Origin: Ginglymostoma cirratum
Taxonomy: Eukaryota
Assembly: GCA_024137785.1 (NCBI GenBank)
Contig: JAHRHZ010000051.1
Span: 12,921,427-12,985,426 of the forward strand
DNA: 64,000 nucleotides
Direction of reading: 5' to 3'
The translations under genes were made by a program, and so were the position numbers. Positions 26,320-39,100 of this stretch are shown here, piece after piece (position 1 is the first letter of the stretch; the number at the start of each line of letters is the position of its first letter). The notes below the pieces were generated by a model. That model was not told the origin of the DNA. It ran no database searches and worked only from the letters and a program-made list of their open reading frames with translations.

Positions 26320-26700
26320 CTGACACATCTCAGTGTTGGCATTCTTACCTCGAGTTTGAAAGTCACAAGAATATAATCCAAACTGATACTCCCTCAGTTT
26401 TGCACTGCTAATTAGGGCAATCTTTTGGATGAAAAGTTTCTTTTAGATGAAAACTTAAATTGAGCTCTGCACATCCTCTCAGTTGGACATAAATGACCCA
26501 TACCACTGTACAGGATTTCTGCTTATCCAACATTTAACCCTAGACTAACTCCACTGAAACTGATTATCTGGTAATTTATCTCCTGGTTGTTTTTCTGCAT
26601 CACACCAGTGGATACACTTCAAAGTCACTTCAATGGCAGTGCAGCATGTTGGGCCATGGTCAGGACATGAAAGATATCATAGAAATGCAAAATTTTTTTT
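26320..26700 (+). mobile_element. Deu-domain SINE, decayed
   Basis: ctctcagttggacataaatgacccataccact...tgattatctggtaatttatctc...atagaaatgcaa. Confidence 0.6.
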
Positions 26701-26846
26701 TAATATTCAAATGGGCAGACAATCTAAAGCCAAATGTACAATTGAGCACAATTTATGTTGGAATTCTTCAAACTGTCCCAATTGGGTCTTCTTGTAGACA
26801 TTGATAGTTTTATGACCAATTCTGAAATATGTTGTCAGTTTCCCTC

Positions 26847-26888
26847 TGTTAAAATTCTATTGAATTGTGTTAAAATTCTATTGAATTC
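26847..26888 (+). repeat. 21-bp tandem duplication
   Basis: tgttaaaattctattgaatt(g/c) x2. Confidence 0.85.
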
Positions 26889-27464
26889 TATCACAAAAGA
26901 TTAGGCAGTTGTGATATTTCTTTTTGTTTTGCTTGTGGATCCTGCTTTGTCCAGAATTGTTTTTGATCATATATTACACCATCACTTTTGTTAGACTCTG
27001 AGAACTGAATAAAACATCAAAATAAAAAGGATTCAATGCATTTCTTTGGCATCTGAAGCTTCTTTAATAAAATGTAATTTAAATAACTTGTCTGACAAAC
27101 AGGAAGTACAGAATGGAAATTCTGATCATTTTAAGTGTTCAGCTCAGCTCAGCTCTGTTGCGTCTGAGCACTGAGCACCTAATTTAATTTTACAATGCAG
27201 GGTGTCACTTTGGGAGTGCAGTGTTGGGGGAGGACCTGGCCCTTGGACAAGACACTAAACTGAGGTCCCATTCGCTTTTCCAGATTACACAAAAAAGATC
27301 CTATTTCAAAGATTCTTCGTCCAGACACTACCACCAAAGCTGCTCATTGCTATCGGAAGATCTAGATGTGTGCAAGATGCTGTTTTAATTCTCTGCCTAG
27401 CAATAATCAGGGCAGAGGGCCATCTTTTGGATTGCATCGGGAGGCTAAGCTTCCATTACAAAGG

Positions 27465-27697
27465 ACACTGGTGAGACTACATCTGGACTACTGTGCACTG
27501 TATTTGTCACCTTAAAGATGCAAATTTAGAGAAGATTGACTACATTATACCAGAATGAGCGAGCGGTCTTATAAAGAAATATTGGACAAGCTAGGTAAGT
27601 ATCAGTTGGACTTTAGAACAGTAAGTGATAACTTCATTGAAACATATTAGATCCTGACCAGTCTTGAAGAGTTGGATGTGGAGACAATATTTCCTCG
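27465..27697 (+). mobile_element. Old CR1 RT fragment
   Basis: acactggtgagactacatctggactactgtgcactgtatttgtcacctta reads TLVRLHLDYCALYLSP. Probably continues at 28640-28830. Confidence 0.65.
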
Positions 27698-27719
27698 AAT
27701 CTCGAATTATTATGATTAT

Positions 27720-27856
27720 TGTGGGTCATCCTACAGCACATGGACTGCAGCGGTTCAAGATGACAGCTCACCACCACCTTCTCAAGGACAACTAGGGTCA
27801 AGCAACAAATACTGGCCAGCCAGTGACGCCCATATCCCACAAGAGATTCAAAAAAC
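27720..27856 (+). mobile_element. LINE 3' end (same family as 6226-7020)
   Basis: catggactgcagcggttcaagatgacagctcaccaccaccttctcaaggacaactaggg...gccagtgacgcccatatcccacaagagattcaaaaaa. Confidence 0.8.
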
Positions 27857-27872
27857 ATGAGGAGCTGGCCAT

Positions 27873-28049
27873 TAAAAACTCAATCAAGTTAGTGAGACCC
27901 AATTTCCCATGCACAAAGCCATGTTGACTATTCCTAATCAGTCCTTGCCTTTCCAAATATATATCCTTCAGGATTCCCTCCAACTTGTCCACCACTGATG
28001 TCAAGCCCACCAGTCTATAGTTCCCTGGCTTTTCCTTACTACCTTTCAT
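27873..28049 (-). mobile_element. CR1 RT internal fragment
   Basis: KGSKEKPGNYRLVGLTSVVDKLEGILKD...IRNSQHGFVHGKLGLTNLIEF. Confidence 0.9.
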
Positions 28050-28082
28050 ACATAGAACATAGATCAGTACAGATGAGGTGCA

Positions 28083-28599
28083 GAGATAACAAGGTGTGGA
28101 GCTGGATGAAGACAGCAGGCCAAGCAGCATCATAGGTGCAGGAAAGCTTGACGTNNNNNNNNNNNNNNNNNNNNNNNNNNNNNNNNNNNNNNNNNNNNNN
28201 NNNNNNNNNNNNNNNNNNNNNNNNNNNNNNNNNNNNNNNNNNNNNNNNNNNNNNNNNNNNNNNNNNNNNNNNNNNNNNNNNNNNNNNNNNNNNNNNNNNN
28301 NNNNNNNNNNNNNNNNNNNNNNNNNNNNNNNNNNNNNNNNNNNNNNNNNNNNNNNNNNNNNNNNNNNNNNNNNNNNNNNNNNNNNNNNNNNNNNNNNNNN
28401 NNNNNNNNNNNNNNNNNNNNNNNNNNNNNNNNNNNNNNNNNNNNNNNNNNNNNNNNNNNNNNNNNNNNNNNNNNNNNNNNNNNNNNNNNNNNNNNNNNNN
28501 NNNNNNNNNNNNNNNNNNNNNNNNNNNNNNNNNNNNNNNNNNNNNNNNNNNNNNCCTTGTTATGTCAGATTCTCCAGCATCTGCAGTACCTATTATCTC
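28083..28599. mobile_element. Palindromic PLE family A mini-insertion, containing an assembly gap
   Basis: gagataacaagg... on the left and ...ccttgttatgtcagattctccagcatctgcagtacctattatctc on the right. TSD agatgaggtgca at 28071-28082 and 28600-28611. Confidence 0.88.
28155..28554. other. Assembly gap (400 N)
   Basis: Run of N. Confidence 1.
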
Positions 28600-28639
28600 A
28601 GATGAGGTGCATTTTGTTTCTGCACAGAGTCACGAACTT

Positions 28640-28830
28640 TTGGAAGTCTCCTCCAAAGAAGAGAAGCAGAGATTTTGATTTTAAGGCAGAGGTAGACAGA
28701 TTCTTGTTAAGCAACTTGTGAAAGGTTATTCCGGTCAGGATTGTGGAGTTGAGGTTACAATCAGATCAGCCTGATCTTACTGAATGACAAGGCAGATTAG
28801 TGGGGCCAAATGACTACTGCTGCTCCTTGT
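28640..28830 (+). mobile_element. CR1 3' end
   Basis: ttttaaggcagaggtagacagattcttg...cagatcagcctgatcttactgaatg...ctactgctgctcct. Confidence 0.7.
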
Positions 28831-28874
28831 TTGTGTATTCGCGTGTTAAAAACAACAAAACGCTTGGTTTGATT

Positions 28875-29082
28875 TCTACATTGGACATAAAATAACTCCC
28901 TGTACTACTTCTCTCCAGTGCCCTGGCCAAGAACCGTCCCTTTCCCAATACCTAAAAAGAGGTTATCTGGCAGCTTCTGGCATTGCTGTTTCCACGCCTG
29001 AAGTGGCTGTGCGTGCAGATCAAAAGGCCTGTTAAACACGTTGGAAGGTTGTGGTAGGCGCTACGTGAATGCAAGACCTTTC
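28875..29082 (+). mobile_element. Deu-domain SINE 3' remnant
   Basis: ccagtgccctggccaag...gttatctgg...aggcgctacgtgaatgcaagaccttt. Confidence 0.5.
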
Positions 29083-30349
29083 AAAATAATTTGTTGTAGG
29101 CCTTTGGGAGTATTGATTTGTACATTCTCCTGAATGTTGGGAGAGAAGCGGCCCACAATCACACGTCAGTCTTACTTCAAGTGAGACAGTGCATAACCTT
29201 TGAACCATATGTGGAATGTGAACTCAATACACCCAGGTCTTTCGTAACGCACAAACGTCTTTGTTCACCGGCCAGTACCGGAGGGTTTGCGATTTCTCTC
29301 TCCCTCTTCTCCCCACCCCCCCGCCCAGATATAGATCCCGAACCTGATCAAATTGGTCTCATTCCAATTCCAACGTGACTTGGCCAGATCTTCCTCTCAA
29401 CGTTAATGCCGTCCAAAACATGATAAAGAGCAGACACCCTTTTTCAGACACGCACCAGGTCTGTCACTATCCGAGAGCAGAAATGAACTGACACAAGCAG
29501 TTTCATTTCTCAGGTGCCAAGGGACCGCTGCCAATTTACAAACACCCTCCCCCCCACCTCGGCTTTGCAAACCTTCGCTCTGTGCGTGCACATAAAGCAC
29601 AGTGGCGTTCCTAGCCTCGCCGTCCTCTGTCGGAATTCTTGCAGGAAAGTAGTTTTCCAAAGTGGCAGTGCCCGAAAGACTGGCCGACATACAGAGGCAG
29701 TGTGTGTGTGTGTAAGCGACCAGACAGTGGATGGGGGCGGCACTCCAGAAGCTTTTGGCTGCTCCCCAGAGTTGGCAGATCCTTTGCGTTTCCGCCAGCT
29801 CACTTACCTTGACGTTTCCGAGACAGAGAGGGAGGGAGAGAGTGAGTGAGTGAGTGAGTGAGAGAGAGACCGAGGATCGGTGTGAATGAGTCACATTCTC
29901 ACGCGAGCCCGCAGCAGCGGCACAGCGGCTCCGCTCTTCAGCTGAAATCCTTCAGGCAGTGGCTGAGCCAGTCTCCAGGAGAGAGACTGTGGGAGACAAG
30001 GGGCGGGGTAGGATCCCTCCTACCTCTCTCTCTCTCTCCTTTTGGTACCTGTTTGCAGTTTGGACCGACCGCAACACCTGAGGCAAGGGAGGCAGCCAGG
30101 CAGGAGGAGACTCTACAAACCCAAACTCTGTTCAAATCTAAAAACCCAGAAAACAACTGTACTCCAGAGCCGAGGAGGGGGAAGCTATCTGACTATTGAT
30201 CGACTCCAACTTTTTATTTTACTTCCCCATCGTCCCCAACCTACCTACCCCTCTGCTTATTTGCCGTCGCTGCTGCCCTGGACCCTCAGAGCCGATGGAG
30301 GCCGGTGTGGAAGACCCTTTAGCCGGGAGGATTTGAGCCTGGGTTTGTT

Positions 30350-30368
30350 CGTGCTGTTTTTTTACAGG
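30350..30368 (+). other. Candidate splice acceptor for the LRATD2 coding exon (5' UTR intron)
   Basis: gtgctgtttttttacag|gtg: polypyrimidine tract plus CAG (AG at 30366-30367). An alternative ggtttatttacag ends at 30445. Mammalian FAM84B has a non-coding first exon. The donor was not identified with confidence. Confidence 0.45.
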
Positions 30369-30546
30369 TGGAGATTATTTTTGTTATTTCTCCCCAACCT
30401 CCGCCTTTTTGATTTCACTGGTTGCCGGGGTTGGTTTATTTACAGTCCTGCGAACTTGTGTGTGTGTGTGTGTGTGAGATTTTTGAAAAAAAAAACAAAA
30501 AAAAGATTAAAAATACACAAGGGAAGGAGGTGGAGGTCGAAGTTGA

Positions 30547-32210
<1,664 letters not shown>

Positions 32211-33182
32211 TGCCAACATGCACCCCTCCCCTCCAAAAACTGGGACACTTACTGATTATCCAGGCTGGAATGAAGAGTTTCGCTTCAAGCTTCTTTCCTA
32301 TTTCCTCTCACCCAGACAAACTGAAAGGAAACATTATCAAGTCAGTGGATTGCACAGAAGTAAAAATGTAATCATGCGTTGACCACACTGTGTTAACTTT
32401 CCTGCAACATTCCTGAGTTAATATAATCACCATTTATAGTGATACTGGAGTGTTGGGGTTGTTTTGTACTCTATTGATAATCTGTGACTTCTCTTGTTAC
32501 TTTTCCCCAAACCACCCCCTTTTCCCCCCACCCCCACCCCAACCCTCCCTCTTTTTATATTGCTTGGGTAGATCAAACCCGTGCTTTAACTGAGAATGAA
32601 ATAACTTCGCTTCAGAAGGGGAACATTTCTCAGTCGTAACAGTTCCTTCAAAATGAAGGGCAAAGTTTAATAGTAGAAGGGGTTAGTTAGGTTGATCTGA
32701 AGAAAGCAAGAAGTCAAGTTAAAGACAGTTGTGGTGATGGACAATGCACACTGGGTTAGAGTGATTCAGTCAGGAGCATTCTGAAGTGCATTATTTGTCA
32801 ACTAAAACGTACAAATACTTTACACAGTTAGCTGGAGAAAATAGCACCTGCTGATTTTAGTTTTTAAGTTCAGCTTCAAGCCCGTATTGGTTTTGGTTGG
32901 TTTCCAGTGTTGATGATACATGTTCCCATGACACATTGAAACAGAGTTTGAAGGTATTCATATTTCTTGCACATCTTTATTGAGATTGAATTGAATATTT
33001 TTATAATGATATTTTTGAATTTATTGTGCATTAAGTTATGCACTATAGTTGATATTTTTTGCCTGCCTTACTGTTGATGTGTGTGACATGTCAAAGTTTT
33101 GCAAGGTTCTAAAGATCAACAGAATGCACAGACTATGTTGATAGTGTCTAAATAAGCACTTGTGTACATTGCGAAACCATGT

Positions 33183-33188
33183 AATAAA
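33183..33188 (+). terminator. Polyadenylation signal AATAAA
   Basis: catgtAATAAAatgttggattatgtgatttt, with upstream TGTA elements (33163-33166, 33180-33183). Confidence 0.6.
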
Positions 33189-33431
33189 ATGTTGGATTAT
33201 GTGATTTTCCATGTGAGAAACATTATGCAGTATTCATGCAAACACGGGGAAATTTTCCTCAAAACTCTTATCTCTCTATTCCACTCCTTTGCCTCATTTC
33301 CCTCCCACAATCCATTAGGAAAGTTTTACAGTGCATATAATTCTGCTATAGCACTCTGTCTCAAAATTTATGTAGCTGTTTGCGCAACATCTGGACATTC
33401 CGAGGTGTTTAATAGCTGATTTAAATAGTGT

Positions 33432-33790
33432 GGGGAGGCGAAGGCCTAGTGGTATTATCACTGGACTGTTAATCCAGAGACCTTGATAATGTTGTGGGCA
33501 CCTGGGTTTGAATCCCGCCATGGCAGAGGGTGGAATTTCGATTCAATAAGTGTCTGGAATTAAGAATCTGATGATGACTGTGAATCTGTTGTTAATTGTC
33601 AGGAAAAACCCAGCTGGTTCACAAATGTCGTTTAGGGAAGGAAACTGCCATCCTTAACTGGTCTGGACTACACGTGACTCTAGACACACAGCAATGTGGT
33701 TGACTCTAAACTGCCCTCTGGATAAATTAGGGACCGGCGGCGAATGCTGCCTAGCCAGTGATACCCTCATCCTGTGAATGAACAAAAAAT
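33432..33790 (+). mobile_element. tRNA-derived SINE, near full length
   Basis: A-box-like ggcctagtggt, B-box gggtttgaatccc, central ggttcacaaatgtcgtttagggaaggaaactgccatcctt, LINE-like tail gccagtgataccctcatcctgtgaatgaacaaaaaa. Confidence 0.85.
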
Positions 33791-33829
33791 TCTTAAGTAT
33801 ACTTACATATGAAATAATTACAGTTATTG

Positions 33830-34150
33830 TTATAATGTGGGACACACAGCAATCAATTTGTAAACAGCAAGCTCTCACAGATAGCAAAGTGATAATTAGT
33901 AAGACTGTTTTCTTTTTTGTGATATTGATTGAGGGATAAATATTGCCCAGCTCACTAGGGAGAACTCTCTGTTCTTCTTTGAAGTAGCGCCACAAGATTG
34001 TTTTGCATCTACTTGAGAAGACAGATGGAGCCTTGTTTAAACATTTCATCTGAAAGACACAGCCTCCAAGAGTCAACACCCTGCTCAAGTACTGCAATGG
34101 TTTTTAACCCTAGTTTATTTTGTGTTTGAGTCTTGCCTTGGGACGTCAAT
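33830..34150 (-). mobile_element. Deu-domain SINE
   Basis: ttgagggataaatattgcccag...gggagaactctctgttcttctttgaagtagcgccac...tttaaacatttcatctgaaagac. Confidence 0.75.
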
Positions 34151-34480
34151 CGTAGTAGTTTTACAGCCTAGAAAGAGGCCATTTGGCACGTTATGTCTGT
34201 GCCTGCTGAAAAATGAGCCTTCCATGCTCCTACATTTGGTATGTCGTCCTGCAGTTTATTGCATTTGAGGTGCATATCCAGACATCCCATAATTGGAAAA
34301 AGGTATCCACCTCTACTGCCCATTCAGCAGTATTCCAGACCACTAACATGCTCTAGGTGAATAAAACTTTCTTTATCTCCTCACTAATCTTACTACCATT
34401 CACTTTAAATCTATGCATCCTGGACACTGACCCTCTGCTAATGTAGGTTGGCCCTCCCTATTCACTCTATCCATGCCTAT
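34150..34480 (-). mobile_element. CR1 3' end
   Basis: tacagcctagaaagaggccatttggc...ttcactttaaatctatgcatcc...ttcactctatccatgcc. Confidence 0.65.
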
Positions 34481-34749
34481 TGAGCCCCCAACCTTCTGAC
34501 TAAGAAGCAAGTGAATTTTCTCTTCCTTGATTAAAATGCTAAACATCACTCGTTCAGGTTGATAAACAATCAGAAAAACATACCCATTCCTGTCGCAGAT
34601 TGGGTGAATTTACCAAATAAGTAGCCAATCCACACAGATCTGGAAGATCCCAAGTTTATACTGTAGTTTATGGTGAGTTAGCAGATCTCTGACAGGGAGA
34701 TGCCTTTGAATAAATTTTCCAGAATTCCTACTGCTATTCTTAGTGGAAT

Positions 34750-35560
34750 TGAATGGTTACAGCACAGAGGAAGTCATTGGCCCATTGTGTCCTTGGTGGC
34801 TCTTTGCAAGTGCCACATAACAAGACTCACTCCCCAATCTTTCTCCCTGGCCCTGCAAATATTACTCATTATGGGCTGGTCCAACTGACTTTTGAAAGCC
34901 ACTTTTAAATGGATCTCCATCAAGCTCACAACCAATGCACTCCACATCCTCACTGCGTAAAACCCTTTTTCCCTTATTGGTTCTTTTGCTGATCATTTTA
35001 AATCAATATGCTCTTGTTCTTAACCATTCCACAAATGGGAACAGTTGCTGTCTGTCTACTGTGTAGATTTCTCATAATTTTAACCATTTCTATCAAATCT
35101 ACTGTGGACCTTCTGTTTAAGGAGAACATTCTATGTAACTGAAATGCTGGTGTAGCAACTATGTAAATATACCTATAGCTTAGCAACTTGTTGATCTTTT
35201 TTGTTCGGTGTCATGTATAGAGTTAGCCTTGGACAAGGCCATCTAGTCCAACAAGTGTAGCAATCCAGTCAGTTCTGTTTTCTAGCTCAATCTCCCTAGT
35301 CCTTCAGGTTTACTTCTCTCAGCTGCTCATCAAATTTCTATTAGGCCCCATCCCTACCGCTCTCATAGGCAGATCATCACCACTCACTGCTTTTTAAAAA
35401 ATCCTCAGATCCCCTTCCTGGATCACTCACCAAACTTTAAATCTGTGTCCCATACTTCCTGTACCATCAGCTAATGGGAACAGCTTTACGTTTTGTATTT
35501 TATCAAAATCTGTCATAAATTGTAGAACCCCTATAAAATTTGTCTTCCATGTCTCTTCAG
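34750..35560 (-). mobile_element. Two adjacent decayed CR1 3' fragments
   Basis: ggttacagcacagaggaagtcattggccc; aatgggaacagt...ctcataattttaaccatttctatcaaatct; caccactcactgc...tttaaatctgtgtcc. Confidence 0.5.
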
Positions 35561-35964
35561 GCATTGCTACCGTTTCGATAAGGTATCAAAAATCAGGGAG
35601 AAAATAAGTTCAAAAGAGAGATTGGAAGAAATATTTTTCATTTCTTTTTCTAAAATAAAAATGTGGCCAGACATATTGAGAATTTTTTTTCATTTAGAAT
35701 AGTTCTTGATGGATATATTGATGATTAAAGTGCAGTCGAGAAATTCCATTATGAGCTGAAAAGGGGAAGGCACCTGTAAACAAGTGTAAGGCAGTTGAAT
35801 GACTGTCTCTATGTAGCTTTTCTATTAGATAATAAAGTCATTTTGTTAGGTATAACTCAACTCCATTTCTGGAGAATCAGTCCTGTTTGTATTGAAAAGT
35901 ATTTATTCTGCAGCCACCTGACTACGGTTAAAACAATGGTGTATGTTCAGAACTTCTCAAACAA

Positions 35965-36440
35965 AAGGAAGACTTGTATTTATTCAGCATTTTTTCAACA
36001 TCTGAGGAGACAGTGTAGTAAATTTAATTGCTTCAGAGACAGTAGGAACTGCAGATGCCGGAGAATCTGAGATAACAAGGTGTTGTCTTGTTGGAAACAT
36101 GGCATCCAGTTGACACCCAGCAAGCTTCCACAAATAGTAATGTGATAATGACCAGCTAATCTGTTTTAGGGAATGTTTCTTCAGGGATAAGAATTGACTA
36201 GGATTCCGTGGAGAACTGCCCTGCTCTTCATTTAGTGCCACAGGACCTTTTAAATCTACCTCAGAGGGCAAACAGGACCTTGGTTTCATGCCTCATTCAA
36301 AAAAACAGCACCTCAGACAGTGCAGCTGTCCATCAGTGTGCCACTGATTTGTCAGACTGTGTTGTGTTCTTCAGACTCTGGAGTAGGACTTCATCCTACA
36401 ATTTTTTGAGTCGTGGTGAGAATACTACTAAGTGAACCAT
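35965..36440 (-). mobile_element. Deu-domain SINE interrupted by a PLE tail fragment
   Basis: gtgataatgaccagctaatctgtttt...gagaactgccctgctcttc...gtgccacaggacctttt; PLE piece at 36032-36083. Confidence 0.75.
36032..36083 (-). mobile_element. PLE family A extreme 3' tail fragment
   Basis: ttcagagacagtaggaactgcagatgccggagaatctgagataacaaggtgt. Confidence 0.85.
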
Positions 36441-37514
36441 GGCTTATTCCAACCTACAAAGTACTTTTTTTCTGACTGAGCTAGTGATTGTGAAACCAAA
36501 TATACTGGACTATACGGATGCAAACTGGAGAACAGTGGCTGCTCAGACTGTCCTTTTTACCTGCTTCATGCAAGCTGCTTTGTATTTACACTGTTATAGA
36601 GCTGCAACTGTAATTGAATGAACAGATCAAAACCATCTACTTTGATGTCTGTCACGGCCTCTGGCACCAAAAGAACCAGTTTGTTTATATTCACTGTCTA
36701 CCGCTGACTTTGCAGATATTGTCAGTTGCAAATTGCAAATATAAATGGGCTATCATGCCGCAGGGAACTCTCTCAGCTGCAGTCTCCCTTTGTTGTGGAT
36801 TCAAAGGTGGACATGATCAGCAATGATTTAAGACTTGTGTCTCAAAGTGCCAATGGACACTTCTGATTCAGTCTGGATGAACTTTGTGATTTATAAAACC
36901 ACGCAGTGTGATAAAGAATTCTGCAAACCACACTCTGCCACATCAAAATGAGCACCACTGAGACAGGAGCAACAGCGACAGTTTCTCAAATTAGCACAGG
37001 GATTGTCCAATGTGGTTGCTGAGAGCTAATTATCCACAACAAGTGAGTGAATGGTCAGTCAAACCTGCTTGATGCTTGTTTTGTAAGCCTGAAGTAAGTT
37101 CTTACCCTCTGAAAGAATGCAAATAAATAGTGTTAAGTCTGGTGCAATATGTTGGGAAACAGAACAGAAGTGGTCTGAGCACATTCTCTCTCTAAAAGAA
37201 TCCCTTTTACATCATGGTGTTAATTTCAGGGAGTACAAAGCATATTCATCCAAAAATGGCTTGAGCATATACCAAGTAAATGACAGGACCACAGGATTTA
37301 AGTATTCGACAAACAAGGGCCATTTATTAAATCAGCAATCTGTTCCTTAATATTATTTTCTAATTAACAGGCATTATCACCTTTATAAACATTGTTAAAT
37401 AATCCTAGGCAACTTTCGGACAGTGTCTTGATCCCAGCTAAAGCTGTTTCAATTAATGGGATTCAACTGACTGGTAAACTTGGTTATTTCCTAAAATACA
37501 GATAGATTAAACGT

Positions 37515-37880
37515 AGGAGGCACAGTGTTTATGGTACTGGATTAGTAATTCAGAAGTCCAGGTCAATCCTTTGGGGACATTGGTTAAATTCCACCACAGT
37601 AGCTAGTGAAAATTAAATTCAATTCATAAATCTGGAATTGAAAATTAATCTTGATAATGTTTACCATTAAATTACAACTAATTGTTGTAAAAACCTATTT
37701 AGTTCACTAATGTTCTTTTGGAAATGGCAACTGACCTACTTGTTGCTTCAGATCCACTGCAAAGTGATTGACTCTTAAGGGCCCTCTGAATGTCCCAGCA
37801 AGAATCTAGTTTAAGGGCAATTAAGAATGGACAACAAAATGATGGCCTTGTCTGTGACACCCATATCACATGAAAAAATA
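37515..37880 (+). mobile_element. tRNA-derived SINE (33432 family)
   Basis: gtactggattagtaattcaga...aaattccaccacagtagct...gttcactaatgttctt...gggcaattaagaatggacaacaaa. Confidence 0.75.
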
Positions 37881-38654
37881 GGACGGTCTGCTTGAGCACT
37901 CAGGATAATAAAGGGCATTGTTCATTTTGCTGTAGTAGGGGAAAGCCAGAAAGAGTCAATGTAAGTTCAGAATTTGAATTAACAACAGGAAAAGAGGTTT
38001 ACACACAATAGCTTGCGAGAGTGCTATCCTCTACCCCTAAAGGACATATTGAAGAATAAACTTAGATGGATATTTAAATAGGAAGTAAAGGATGTAGAGA
38101 ATGGGTGCGGAACTTGAATGAAAAAGCTATCATGCCTAACAATATGGTGCATTTGCCTCAATTGTATATGCAGTAATTTCTGTTACTTTATTAATTGCTA
38201 CAATACCTGCTCTTGATGGTGGAAATATCTATATTTTCATGATGGTTTTGAATCCTTTTACAGCTCTGTACCTAGGTAGATTCAGCATTTTCTAATGCAC
38301 TAATATGTTCAAATGTAAGGGAAAGAAATATTTCATGGGTGAATAAGAATACTTTTTTTCTGTATAATCTTAACCCCACTTTTTCACATATTCCCTCCTT
38401 CAAAGCAAGCAACCTTGAATCCATTAACATCTCTCGAGTACCTCCCTGGTTAGCTAACACATGCCTATTATATGACGTGTGATGAAGTTCTGGTTGGAAA
38501 ATTCTTACTTGTTGCTGTTTAGTGCTTTTAAAATTAAGTTCCCTAGTTGTTGAAATAGTCATTAGTGTTAACTGTTGCCTTGGATCTTTTATCTTTATGT
38601 ATCAGATTCATAAGTTTGAAAAGTCCTGTTTGATCATTGAAAACGAGAATAAGT

Positions 38655-39100
38655 GCATCAGTGGTTGATCAGTAGGTCTTGCACTTGCTTCTCAATCATG
38701 AGGTTCTGAGTTCAAGTGCCAATTAAGAGCTTGAACACAAAAATCAAGGCTGACACTCCAGCACTGCACCGAGTGTTACACTGTCAGGCTGTCATCTTTC
38801 AGATGCGACACTAAACCAAGGATATGTTTTCCAACACGTGTAAAACATATAAGCCCTTGCGGTACAATTTCGAAAAAGAGCAGGGATGTTATCCTAGCTG
38901 TCCTGGCCAATATTTATGTCTCATCCTTAGAGAAATAGATGATCTAGTCTTTATGACATGTTTGTGAGAGTTTACTGTACACAAGTCAACAACTGCGTCT
39001 CCTCTATTACATCAATGGCTACACTTCAAAAAGTGTTTCATTGGCTGTAAAGTGCTTTGGGATATCTGGTGATCATGAAATGGTGCTATAAGTCTATCTG
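38655..39100 (+). mobile_element. Deu-domain SINE, near full length
   Basis: gttctgagttcaagtgcc...tctttcagatgcgacactaaaccaagg...gaaaaagagcaggg...tgtcctggccaatatttat...ttggctgtaaagtgctttggga. Confidence 0.8.

Noticed and set aside
27135-27178. Hairpin gtgttcag..gctcag...ctgagc..ctgagcac as a pre-miRNA
   Set aside because: Too short and bulged, built from (gctca)n slippage next to a decayed SINE.
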